Shown here: positions 33,412 through 46,930 of the stretch, piece after piece
Layout of the letters: every line of letters starts with the position of its first letter
Numbering within the stretch: the stretch's first letter is position 1
Assembly: GCF_964204645.1 (NCBI RefSeq)
Contig: NC_134030.1
Coordinates: 4,010,778-4,074,777, forward strand
Length of the DNA: 64,000 nucleotides
Direction: 5' to 3'
Source: Tubulanus polymorphus
Lineage: Eukaryota; Animalia; Nemertea
Notes under the pieces: generated by a model
What the model saw: the letters and a program-made list of their open reading frames with translations, nothing else
Database searches by the model: none
What the model was told of the DNA's origin: nothing
Translations under genes and position numbers: made by a program

Positions 33412-36400
33412 CGTTGATATTTTCTTTCCGTTTTTTTTTTACTGCTGACTTTTGACTGCTGACTACTGACTGTTGACTGATGACTCTGACTGCTGACTGC
33501 TGACTGCTGCTGAAATGTAAAAAAGAAATTCTATGAAAATCAAGAATTAAATCGAAAATGGTCAGTTTTAAGGAATACTCATCAAACTGAGTTTATATCC
33601 TAAACAATTGATACCCAGCAAAAAAAAATTGAAATAAAAATCATTTAATGAATGAACATTAAAATTGTCGCTATTATTTAAACATTATTCCAAGAAGCCA
33701 CCGGAGTTAATCTCAATTTCAAAGCCAGTTGGCTGCGTTTCCCGAATGAATGCGTTTCCCGAATGAATATTTTCTATGGATTCGAGTCATGGTTGAATCC
33801 TAATGATCACCGGGATAAAGATTCTGAGTTTAAGATTCTTGTTAGATTAATCTGCATCTCTTGTTGAAATCAATAAGGCATATGAGAGAGGAGGTCTGAG
33901 ATATGAGAGAGGCAGTTAGGGAGTTATGAGAGCGGAGGTTCAGGAGAGTGGAGGTTCAGGAGAGAGGAGGTTCAGGGAATATGAGAGTTTATGGAGATAT
34001 AATAGAGGAGTTTATGGAAGTATGATAGACGAATTTATGGAGATATGATAGGGGAGTTTATGGAGATATCATAGAGGAGTTTAAGGAGATATCATAGAGG
34101 AGATTGTCTAAAAGGAAAATTGTTAATTTCATAACAATCGAGCAACTCAGTAATAGACACCGCTCTGATAAAGTAACTTCTGGTCCTCAATTGCGGTCTG
34201 AATTGCAAGAATTGCGTTTAGCAATTTAAATATGGTTGATAGAGCGTGGAATGTAGGCGTGCAATGCACAAAACACACATCAGATTAAGGCTGTTGAGAG
34301 GGAATTATCAGTAGATTTAAGTAATCGACGATGAATTTGGTTTCAAGAGGTTGATCATTCATATGGCAGTTAATCAGATCAGGTTCTCAGATGCTTCCTT
34401 GGTCCCCAAAAACTGCATAAGTTGTATCAAAGTATGTGATATAACCTACTAATTTATTACATGAAAAGAGGCTACTTGTAGTTTCTCAGCCACTTCGCAA
34501 TTATTGTTGTAAAGAGGTCCCAAAATCCGACCAGCACCACCAATAGATTTCTACAGAACAGTTAGTGTTGTAATTTTTGTGGTTCCAGTTTTTTTTCACT
34601 GTCCGAGATAATAAAAAATTCCTAAATTTTGAGTCCTTCAGTGCTGAAATTCCATTTTATCACAAATTTAAAGTTTCCTAATCTTAACTTTGCTAAAATT
34701 TGAACTTTTCCTATTCTATTTCTTGTCAAAGATTTCATTCCAGTTCTCAAAATTATTTGCAGTTTTTTAATGTCTGCGAAATATCGTCAGTTATTTTCCT
34801 GGATTCATATTTATTATTGCCCAAAATCATATCATATGAATTATCATTACTATTATTGGATTTTTTTTTCGCTGATTGATTATAGATCTTTTGGGGTTTG
34901 GTTTCATATTATGATTGATCAAGGTGATCCATCTAAAACTGTTTCATAAATTTTGAAATATTCATATTTGAAAACAATTTCGTTGATACTTCTAAACTAG
35001 TAATTCTACAAAAATTCTAAAAACAATTTTACACGTATCTTACGACTATTCTAGAAATGATTTCAAATTATATCAATTTTAATGTAACTATTTTATCTGA
35101 ATTTTTAATCTATTAAAGTAACTATTTTATATCTGAATTTTAAAATACCTATGATATCTAAAAACTATTTTATCTGAATTTTAATCTATTAATCTAAGGT
35201 AACTATTTAATATCTGAATTTTGAAATACCTTTGATATCGAAAAACTATTTTATCTGAATATTATACTATTTAATTTGTGTGTATTTTATCTCAAAATAT
35301 CTTTAAACTATTTTATTTGTATGTATATAAAAAAATATCTCATTTGTATATATTTTAAAACTATTTAATTTGTACATATTTTAGAACACTTTTAGAACAA
35401 TGTTTTTTTGTATTATAATACTAGCTAAAAGTTCAATTTGATGAAATATTTTATATATGACTATCACTGTGTATATTCGAACCTCAGTGATTTCATGAAT
35501 GGAATAACTGAAGGTCCAGGTTTTATCACTGAATACTCTTTGACACAATAACGTGGTCCACAACACAGATATAAATAGTGGTTATATAAAAGGCCCATGT
35601 TGTATATAATGCACGCATAAAGAGCTTTTACTCATAGTTGATATAGGCTCAGTAAACATGAAATGTGTTCGAGAACTTTTTCTCGTACTTTTCTTACCTT
35701 TTTTCTTGAGAATTTTTTTTTCAATTTTCTATTTTACAACGGAAAATCTACTCATTTTTCGTAGGTGGTTCACTATGATGGAATGCGATAAATAATAAGA
35801 AACAGTCCAAGTGTATTTTTGATAGGATATTTTCAGCTTCCCGACGTATGAAATTGACATAGGTTATTCAAGCCTAGGTTCAGAAAATCACTACTAGGTG
35901 GCATGTCAGATTATTACCGTAGTTCAATTACATCAAATGAATATGATAACATAACCAATTGTAGTACGAACAGTAACAACAAACTTAATTTTCCTGCACA
36001 AGATACAGAGAGTAGTAAAAGTCAAATACTATTTCTGAATTAGAATTTCCTCTAGCCTAAATGCTAGTGGTCATGTTATCATTTTTATCCAACGTCATCT
36101 CGGCTTTTTCAAAACTCGTCTTTGAACGTAATGATAATCTATAGTATTTTTGGAAATGATATAAATCAATGCAAATTTGATGTCATCATAACAAAATATG
36201 TCGCTGAAAACATCATATGAAAAATACACTCCGATTGTTTTTTTAAAATTTATTTCGTTCCATACAAAACCATACTCAGCTCCACAGTTTGATTCGGATA
36301 CAAGACTTACAAGAATTTAGATACATAAAATTACATAACTGTTGAACTGGGTTTTGTTAAGTTGTGAGCATGACATTTATAATTAATCACTAGTGTGTTT

Positions 36401-39400
36401 GTTTCAAGTTAGCCTTATTTTGAATTAGTTAATTTTGGTTTAGTTATTTGTATCAATTTTTGCTGTTTTGAATTTAATTCGTTCAAGTTGATTTAAATCT
36501 AGTTTAGTTTAAGTTTTAGTTAGTTTAGGTCAAGTTGATTTACTAAATGCAGTTAACTTAAAACCTCTGATAAACTGAGGGTCTATTTATCTTATGATAA
36601 GTTACACTCAGGTACATTAATCAATAATCCCGTTTAAGATCTCATTATTTTATGCAGTTTAGAGATTTTCACTGAATAGAATAGTAACAATAGAATGTGA
36701 TGGGAACTGAGGGTAAATTCATCATTGTTGAAATTACTCTCAGGATCATCATTAAAACAATGAATGATCTGAGGGTAAATTCATCATTGTTGAAATTACT
36801 CTCAGGATCATCATTAAAACATGAATGAATTGAGGGTAAATTCATCATTGTTGAAATTACCCTCAGGATCATCATTAAAACAATGAATGAACTGAGGGTA
36901 AATTCATCATTGTTGAAATTACTCTCAGGATCATCATAAAAACAATGAATGAACTGAGGGTAAATTTATCATGGTTGAAATTACTCTCAGGATCATCATA
37001 AAAACAATGAATGAACTGAGGGTAAATTCATCATTGTTGAAATTACTCTCAGGATCATCATAAAAACAATGAATGAACTGAGGGTAAATTCATCATTGTT
37101 GAAATTACTCTCAGGATCATCATTAAAACAATGAATGAACTGAGGGTAAATTCATCATTGTTGAAATTGCTCTCAGTTCATTGAAAATATTTTAGCATTA
37201 ACACCAGTTTTAATTACCCCTCCCCCTGTTTTCTTGTTAATTGATAGTTACATCACAAGTTATAGAATAGATGATTGGGTTTTTTGGGACCTAAGTGTGT
37301 TCACTTTTTATCTGTAATTTGTCTGTTTTGGAAGCGCTTCAATGGATTGTCTTGAGATTTTGGTTTATGCACATATCTACCCTAGACACGCATCTGCAGC
37401 CCAAAACTGACAGAGAATCAAGATAGCTGACTGGTAGCCATCATGGGAATTGAATTATATACAATGTTTTCATCAGTTTTGGTACCTACGCATTTTACTG
37501 CAATCAATTGCAAATTTCTAGCATTGGTTTTTGTTGTGTTTACCAAGGGCATTGAATATTGAAATTGTCAGATTCTCAAGCATTGCACATGGTGTGGGCA
37601 TGGTGTCCCTGCACCCTTTGTTTTTTTTATTTTCTCACTGCTTTCAAGGTTCTCGTACACATTTCATGCAGCTTTTTCATTCAATATCGATGTCCTCACT
37701 TGCCAGGTTTTAATTGTCATCTGCCGAAGCTCATGCCAACACGATCCTTGGCCGCAAACTCTTCATTGGTCTATTACATTGCTCAAGATTTCCTGGTTAG
37801 ACAGGTTACCACTGAGCGGCCACCAGTCTATGTATTAAGTGAATCGGATGCGTTGTTTTTCGCCGGTAGTTTCGCTACGCATCCGATTGACTGGATATAA
37901 AGACTGGTGGCCGCTTAGCAGCAACCTGTCGACCCGAGAGATCTTGGACAACATAATGGACCAATGAAGGGTTTGCGTGCAGGGTTTGTGTTAGCGTGAG
38001 TGCCGGTGGGCGGCAATAAAACCCTGGTGATTGAGGATGTATCGATGTACATATCAACACATAAATAGGCAAACATTATAGGCGGCATTATTATTGGGAG
38101 GTTCACCTGGCCTTATATACTGCGCGGTAAAAAAACCACTCTTTCTGTGGTTGTGTAGTACCAGTAATTGATGATCATCGAGTGAGTGATTGGCCTGGCC
38201 CAGTTATTCCAATTGGAAATCACTTTGGTTTTGATTATGATTGGTATAAGATATTTCATCAAATCGATTGACACATTTTATCCGTACTAACACTACTTGT
38301 ACATATTGTAAAGTTGTAAATAGCTTTTTATTTATATTTCTTTTATTTTATTATTTTATATTCTTTTCTTTTATTTTATATTATATTTCTTTTTAGATTT
38401 TTAATTGATTTCGATTTTCTAATTGTAAATATTTTTTAGATATCCTTTTAACTTTGGATTTTTAATGATTATTTAAACTTTTTAAAAGTAATTTTAAAAC
38501 TTTTTAGTTTTCTTAACATCATAATATCTATACATCGAATAGGACTATTTTAGTGAAAATTTTGATATAGATTTAATTGATGATTAATATTTTTAATTTT
38601 ATTGAATAATTTTAGTATTCAAAACAACAGAATGAATGCATTCCATCTTAGTTTGATACTGATATTTCTTTTCACTGGTTTTTCATTGACTCATGTCGAA
38701 TCTATTGTTTTAGCCACATTTGTACCTATAAGTTTGGATTAGCCCTGCCTCCTTGACATTGCTGATGGTTGATTTCAGATTTTCAGCGTCTGATAACATT
38801 TGGTATTAATTCAATGCTACGTTCTGTTTTGTTGGTTTTATTTCATATGAACATTTTTAAAGATGACCTTTGTCGAATACTTAGTAGTGCAGAGGTTAAA
38901 ATAATTATAGAATTTTATAGAATTGTCTAAAATACTGTACCTAGTAACATATGAGTAGTGTTGCTAGTGTACCTCTATTTACAAGTTGTCCTGTGGTACG
39001 ATGTAAAACTGCCTCTTTTAAACAATACGTTTTAGCAATACATTTTATCAGTGATTTTTATCTGTTTGTCCTGTGGTATGACGTTAAACTGCCTCTTTTT
39101 AACAGTTTTTATCATTTTTTATCGTTTTTACCCATATGTTTTATTGTTTTTACCCATATGTTTTATCATTTTTATCACCCCTTCTTTTTCTACCTGTCTC
39201 TATTCTATCCCTTTCTGTCTCTATCCTATCCCTCTCTGTCTCTATCCTTTCCCTCTCTGTCTCTATCCTTTCCCTCTCTGTCTCTATCCTTTCCCTCTTC
39301 TATCTAACCGACTAACTCTCTCTTCTTCTCTCTCTAACCCACTAACTCTCTCCTCTCCTTTCTTCCTCTCACCACTCTCCTTCCTACTCCCTCCTCTCTC

Positions 39401-41689
39401 TCTTCTCTCTCCCTCCTCACTCTCCTTTATCTCTCTTTCTTTTCTCTCTCTCCCTCTCTCTCTTGTAAATATTGTAAATTTGTAAATAGTAGTATTTATT
39501 TCTCTTTTTGTATCTTTCTTGTAAATATTGTAAATTTGTAAATAGTGGTTTTTATTTCTCCTTTTTTAACTTTCTTGTAAATATTGTACATTTGTAAATA
39601 GTAGTTTTTATTTCTCTCTCTCTTTTTTTAACTTTCTTGTAAAAGTTGTAAATTTGTAAATAGTAGTTTTTATTTCTCTTTCTTTTCTAAACTGTCTCTT
39701 TTAAACAATACGTTTTATCAATAGATTTTATCAGCGATTTTTATCTGTTTTGTCCTGTGGTATGACGTTAAACTGCCTCTTTTAAACATACGTTTTATCA
39801 ATACATTTTATCAGTAATTTTTAAATACATTCGTAGCATTGATACCATTGCAATACATTAGTCCCTCCTCCTTTTGATTAAGTACACCCAATCATTTACT
39901 AACAAGTGATGGTTAAATACACTTGCAAACTAGCAGATCAGAGATCTCAGGACGCAACATCACTTCAATCCTTATTTCTTGACATATACCTGGTAATATA
40001 AAATGCTCTTTTTAGCTTGTGACAAAATGTCTTTGATATAAGACGCTACTATTTGCTTAACTAGAATCTTCTTTCAAATATTATAATATCACTGGTTTGC
40101 AATATACTTAACCCTAATTGGTCGCAGCTGTTACAATCATCTCAACAACGATTGAGCATACTTTCCCCTTATTAGTTTGAAGTATAATTCCCCCTCCCTG
40201 GTTGCAGTTCACTTTATTGGTTGCAGCTATGAACAATCATCTCAATGATTGAGCATACTTTCCCCTTATTAGTTTGAAGTATAATTCCCCCTCACTGGTT
40301 GCAGTTCACTTTATTGGTTGCAGCTATGAACAATCATCTCAATGATTGAGCATACTTTCTCCTCGCCGGTTTGCAGTATAATTCCCCTCACTGGTTGCAG
40401 TTCACTTCATTTGTTGCAGCTATGAACAATCATCTCAATGATTGAGCATACTTTCTCCTCATTAGTTTGAGGTATAATTCCCCCTCACTGGTTGCAGTTC
40501 ACTTAATTGGTTGCAGCTATGAACAATCATCTCAATGATTGAGCATACTTTCTCCTCATTAGTTTGAGGTATAATTCCCCCTCCCTGGTTGCAGTTCACT
40601 TTATTGGTTGCAGCTATGAACAATCATCTCAATGATTGAGCATACTTTCTCCTCATTAGTTTGAGGTATAATTCCCCCTCACTGGTTGCAGTTCACTTTA
40701 TTGGTTGCAGCTATGAACAATCATATCAATGATTGCGTATTACTTTCTCCTCACTGGTTTGCAGTATAATTCCCCCTCACAGGTTGCAGTTCACCTCATT
40801 TGTTGCAGCTATGAACAATCATCTCAATGATTGAGCATACTTTCTCCTCATTAGTTTGAGGTATAAGTCCCCCTCACTGGTTGCAGTTCACTTTATTGGT
40901 TGCAGCTATGAACAATCATCCCAGCATAGTTTCCCCTCGCTGGTTCATTGGTTGCAGTTTTCAGCTTTGGTTTGATGATGATGAATGCTGGTTTTGTAAA
41001 CAGCTCTACGCGGTTTCGATTAGAATACAGCACCTAATATTAAAAGTCTAGAAAAGACTTATTTACATTTGTAAAAACGCTGTGAAAGGTGTATCGCTAG
41101 TTTCTCACATGACTCCTCTCTCTCTGACAAATAAGTAAGACACAAATCTTTTGTTGACTGCTGAATCAATTGATAGTAGTGAAAGTTTAGTGTTCAGATA
41201 CAATGAAAGTGTGAAGTCGAGTTTTAAACGTTATGTTAGGTAGGTGTACATGCCTCCTCTCTCTCTCTCGCCTCTCCTCTCTCTCATAAACAATTAAATA
41301 AGACACTCAATTGTTTGTATACATTTAGTTTTTTGCTGTGGTTTTCTCAATAGAAAAGTTTGAACTGCTCATTGATTGCAGCTCATTTCAAACTATGATA
41401 AAAGTGAGGTAAAAGTGGGTGAATTACTGCTAAATCAATTGGTAGTGATGAAAGTTAAGTGTTAAAAACACTGTGAGTGAATTAATTACTGCTTAATAAA
41501 TTAGTAGTGATGAAAGTTAAGTGTTAAAAACACTCTGGGTGAATTACTGCTAAATCCATTGGTGGTGATGGAAATTAAGTGTTACAAAACACTGTGGCTA
41601 AATTACTGCTAAATCAACCTGACCTTCTTGAATTGTCAAGTAGAACTGTGAGGTTCAAGGAATTGGCAGTGACTTACAACACTGATAGC

Positions 41690-44600
41690 TGCCTTATTCA
41701 AATACTGCTCCTTGCTGCTGTGTGTTTTTGATTGAGAGGTGATATTGAGAATTGTATCTCTTTCCCTTACCTTCGCGTATTACTACATTAAACATTATTA
41801 CAATAGAATTATTACATTAAACATTATAACATCATGAATCATCCTCCTTAAATACTGCTGCTTGCTGCTGGGTGTTAATTGATACACTCTGTTTTGGAGC
41901 GATATTGGGTGCAGGAGTCTCCTCCTTCCTTCTTCATCTGTCATGTAGCAGTTTGACAAACGGACTGAATTATCAGTGTGTTACATCACTGATGACCTCC
42001 TTTAATACTGCTGCTTGCTGCTGGGTGTTAATTGAAACACTCTGTTTTGGGGTGATATTGAGTTCAGGAGTCTCCTCCTTCCTTCATCAACTGTCATGTA
42101 GAAACGTTACAAACGGACTGAATTATCAGTGTGTTACAACACTGATGACCTCCTTCAATACTGCTGCTTGCTGCTGGGTGTTAATTCTTTGATTTAGAGG
42201 TGATATTGAGAATTGTTTCTCTTTCCCTTACCTTCTTGAATTATTACATTAAACATTATTACAATAGAATTATTACATTAAACATTATAACATCATGAAT
42301 CATTACATAATTACATTATCAAATTACACTGATGACCTCCTTTAATACTGCTGCTTGCTGCTGGGTGTTAATTGATACACTCCGTTATGGGGTGATATTG
42401 AGTGCAGGAGTCTCCTCCTTCCTTCTTCAACTGTCATGTAGAAACTTGACATACGGACTGAATTATCAGTGTGTTACATCACTGATGACCTCCTTCAATA
42501 CTGCTGCTTGCTGCTGGGTGTTAATTGATACACTCAGTTTTGGGGTGATATTGGGTGCAGGAGTCTCCTCCTTCCTTCTTCAACTGTCATGTAGCGGTTT
42601 GACAAACGGACTGAATTATCAGTGTGTTACATCACTGATGACCTCCTTCAATACTGCTGCTTGCTGCTGGGTGTTAATTGATACACTCCGTTATGGGGTG
42701 ATATTGAGCGCAGGAGTCTCCTCCTTCCTCCTTCAACTGTCATGTAGAAACGTGACAAACGAACTGTATCATCAGTGTGTTACATCACTGATGACCTCCT
42801 TCAATACTGCTGCTTGCTGCTGGGTGTTAATTGATTCACTTCGTTTTGGGGTGATATTGAGCGCAGGAGTCTCCTCCTTCCTCCTTCAACTGTCATGTAG
42901 AAACGTGACAAACGAACTGTATCATCAGTGTGTTACATCACTGATGACCTCCTTCAATACTGCTGCTTGCTGCTGGGTGTTAATTGATTCACTTCGTTTT
43001 GAGGTGATATTGAGCGCAGGAGTCTCCTCCTTCCTCCTTCAACTGTCATGTAGAAACGTGACAAACGGACTGAATTGTCAGTGTGTTACAACACTGATGA
43101 CCTCCTTTAATACTGCTGCTTGCTGCTGGGTGTTAATTGATACACTCTGTTTTGGGGTGATATTGAGTGCAGGAGTCTCCTCCTTCCTTCTTCAACTGTC
43201 ATGTAGAAACCTGACAAACGAACTGAATTATCAGTGTGTTACATCACTGATGACCTCCTTTAATACTGCTGCTTGCTGCTGGGTGTTAATTCTTTGATTT
43301 AGAGGTGATATTGAGAATTGTTTCTCTTTCCCTTACCTTCTTGAATTATTACATTAAACATTATTACAATAGAATTATTACATTAAACATTATAACATCA
43401 TGAATCATCCTCCTTAAATACTGCTGCTTGCTGCTGGGTGTTAATTGATACACTCTGTTTTGGGGTGATATTGGGTGCAGGAGTCTCTTCCTTCCTTCTT
43501 CAACTGCCATGCAGAAACGTGACACACGAACTTAATAATCAGTGTGTTACAACACTGACGACCTCCTTTAATACTGCTGCTTGCTGCTGGGTGTTAATTG
43601 ATACACTCAGTTTTGGGGTGATATTGGGTGCAGGAGTCTCCTCCTTCCTTCATCAACTGTCATGTAGAAACGTGACAAACTTGACATACGGACTGAATTA
43701 TCAGTGTGTTACATCACTGATGACCTCCTTCAATACTGCTGCTTGCTGCTGGATGTTAATTGATACACTTCGTTTTGGGGTGATATTGAGCGCAGGAGTC
43801 TCCTCCTTCCTCCTTCAACTGTCATGTAGAAACGTGACAAACGGACTGAATTGTCAGTGTGTTACAACACTGATGGCCTCCTTTAATACTGCTGCTTGCT
43901 GCTGGGTGTTAATTGATACACTCTGTTTTGGGGTGATATTGAGTGCAGGAGTTTCCTCCTTCCTTCGTCAACTGTCATGTAGAAACGTGACAAACGGACT
44001 GAATTGTCAGTGTGTTACATCACTGATGACCTCCTTTAATACTGCTGCTTGCTGCTGGGTGTTAATTGATACACTCTGTTTTGGGGTGATATTGAGTTAA
44101 GGAGTCTCCTCCTTCCTTCTTCAACTGTCATGTAGAAACGTGAGAAAGGAACTGAATTATCAGTGTGTTACATCACTGATGACCTCCTTTAATACTGCTG
44201 CTTGCTGCTGGGTGTTAATTCTTTGATTTAGAGGTGATATTGAGAATTGTTTCTCTTTCCCTTACCTTCTTGAATTATTACATTAAACATTATTACAATA
44301 GAATTATTACATTAAACATTATAACATCATGAATCATCCTCCTTAAATACTGCTGCTTGCTGCTGGGTGTTAATTGATACACTCTGTTTTGGGGTGATAT
44401 TGGGTGCAGGAGTCTCTTCCTTCCTTCTTCAACTGCCATGTAGAAACGTGACAAACGAACTTAATAATCAGTGTGTTACAACACTGACGACCTCCTTTAA
44501 TACTGCTGCTTGCTGCTGGGTGTTAATTGATACACTTCGTTTTGGGGTGATATTGAGCGCAGGAGTCTCCTCCTTCCTCCTTCAACTGTCATGTAGAAAC

Positions 44601-45110
44601 GTGACAAACGGACTGAATTGTCAGTGTGTTACAACACTGATGGCCTCCTTTAATACTGCTGCTTGCTGCTGGGTGTTAATTGATACACTCTGTTTTGGGG
44701 TGATATTGAGTGCAGGAGTTTCCTCCTTCCTTCGTCAACTGTCATGTAGAAACGTGACAAACGGACTGAATTGTCAGTGTGTTACATCACTGATGACCTC
44801 CTTTAATACTGCTGCTTGCTGCTGGGTGTTAATTGATACACTCTGTTTTGGGGTGATATTGAGTTAAGGAGTCTCCTCCTTCCCTCTTCAACTGTCATGT
44901 AGAAACGTGTCAAACGAACTGAATTATCAGTGTGTTACAACACTGACGACCTCCTTATATACTGCTGCTTGCTGCTGGGTGTTAATTGATACACTCTGTT
45001 TTGGGGTGATAATGAGTTAAGGAGTCTCCTCCTTCCTTCTTCAACTGTCATGTAGAAACGTGACAAAAGAACTGAATTATCAGTGTGTAACAACACTGAT
45101 GACCTCCTTT
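41690..45110. repeat. 153-bp satellite, copy B (longer array)
   Basis: Same monomer as 9640-12310; ~3.4 kb versus ~2.7 kb. Confidence 0.95.
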
Positions 45111-46769
45111 AATTTTAAATTTGAATTCTTAATTATTCAAAAGAGCTATCCATTGATAGCTTTGTGGTGGTTGTATCATTAAAATGGCGCTGGTGTTGGG
45201 TCTGTGTACATATTGTATCATATGTCGGTGAATTGGGATTGATTATTTTGTTTCCTGATCGTCCTTATTGCGACTTTACGTTTTAAATGTATGATTATTC
45301 AAAAGAGCTATCCATTGATAGCTTTGTGGTGGTTGCATCTTTGAAATGTCGTTGGTGTTGGTTCTGTGTACATATTGTATCATATGTCGCTGAATTATGA
45401 TTGATTATTTTGTTTCCTGATCGTCCTTATTGCGACTTTACGTTTTAAATGTATAAATATTCAAAGGAGCTATCCATTGATAGCTTTGTGGTGGTTGTAT
45501 CTTTGAAATGTCGCTGGTGTTGGTTCTCTATATATTGAATCATATGTCGCTGAATTATGATTGTTTCTGCTTCCCGATTGTCCTCATTAGGACTTAATGT
45601 TTAGAATTTGAAAATATTGAAAAGAGTTATCCATTGATAGCTTTGTGGTGGTTGTATCTTTCAAATGTCGCTGGTGTTGGTTCAGTGTATATATTTTAAT
45701 ATATGTCAGTGAACTGGGATTGATTAAAAATTTGTTTCCTGATCGTCCTATAACGACTTAATGTTTTAAATGTATAAATATTCAAAAGAGCTATCCATTG
45801 ATAGCTTTGTGGTGGTTTGCATCTTTGAAATGTCGCTGGTGTTGGTTCTGTATATATTGAATCATATGTCGCTGAATTATGATTGATTCTGTTTCCTGAT
45901 CGTCCTTATAACGATTTAAAGTTTTGAATGTATAAATATTCAAAGCAGCTATCCATCGATAGCTTTGTGGTGGTTGTATCATTGAAATGTCGCTGGTGTT
46001 GGTTCTGTGTACATATTGTATCATATGTAGCTGAATTTTGATTGATTCTTTTTCCTGATCATCCTTATAACGACTTAAAGTTTTAAATGTATAAATACTC
46101 AAATCAGCTATCCATCGATAGCTTTGTGGTGGTTGTATCATTGAAATGTCGCTGGTGTTGGTTCAATGTATATATTGTAATATATGTCGGTGAATTGGGA
46201 TTGATTATTTTGTTTCCTGATCGTCCTTATTGCGACTTTACGTTTTAAATGTATAGATATTCAAAAGAGCTATCCATTGATAGCTTTGTCGTGGTTGCAT
46301 CTTTGAAATGTCGTTGGTGTTGGTTCTGTGTACATATTGTATCATATGTCGCTGAATTACGATTGATTCTGCTTCCCGAATGTCCTCATTACGACTAAAC
46401 GTTTAGATTGTAAAAATATTCAGAAGAGCTATCCATTGATAGCTTTGTGGTGGTTGAATCTTTGAAATATCGCTGGTGTTGGTTCTGTGTATATATGGTA
46501 TCAGCAAATTATCATTACATACGGAGTTGCGTTTTAAGATTGTTATATTCAAAGATGCTATTGTTTGATAGCTTAACTTTGGTTCTTTGCACCTGAAGGT
46601 TGTCAGGTGTTATTAAAAAACACTAATAGTGGGGTTGAATTAAGTTACTGCTGTCATAAGGCAGTCAAAGAAATTGTCCAAAAAGACCAATGGAGTTAAA
46701 TTACATTGCTGCGTTATATCATGACTCAACTCATCTTCGTCGCTGACTGAGTGACCCTTTTTCTCTTGC

Positions 46770-46930
46770 GGAGGCCACCTTGTTTTACCGCAAGAATTCT
46801 GGTCCACGCTAACAAAGCTGAATATCGTTCAAGTCTTTGGGATGACTCCCCCTTGAACAACTATCAGCTGGATTCTCCTTTTCTGGATACATGTTAACTG
46901 ATATTCAATTTTTATCATTTTCTTCTTGCA
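46770..46930 (-). mobile_element. BEL/Pao pol remnant, copy B
   Basis: KENPADSCSRGSHPKDLNDIQLC*RGPEFL. Confidence 0.72.
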
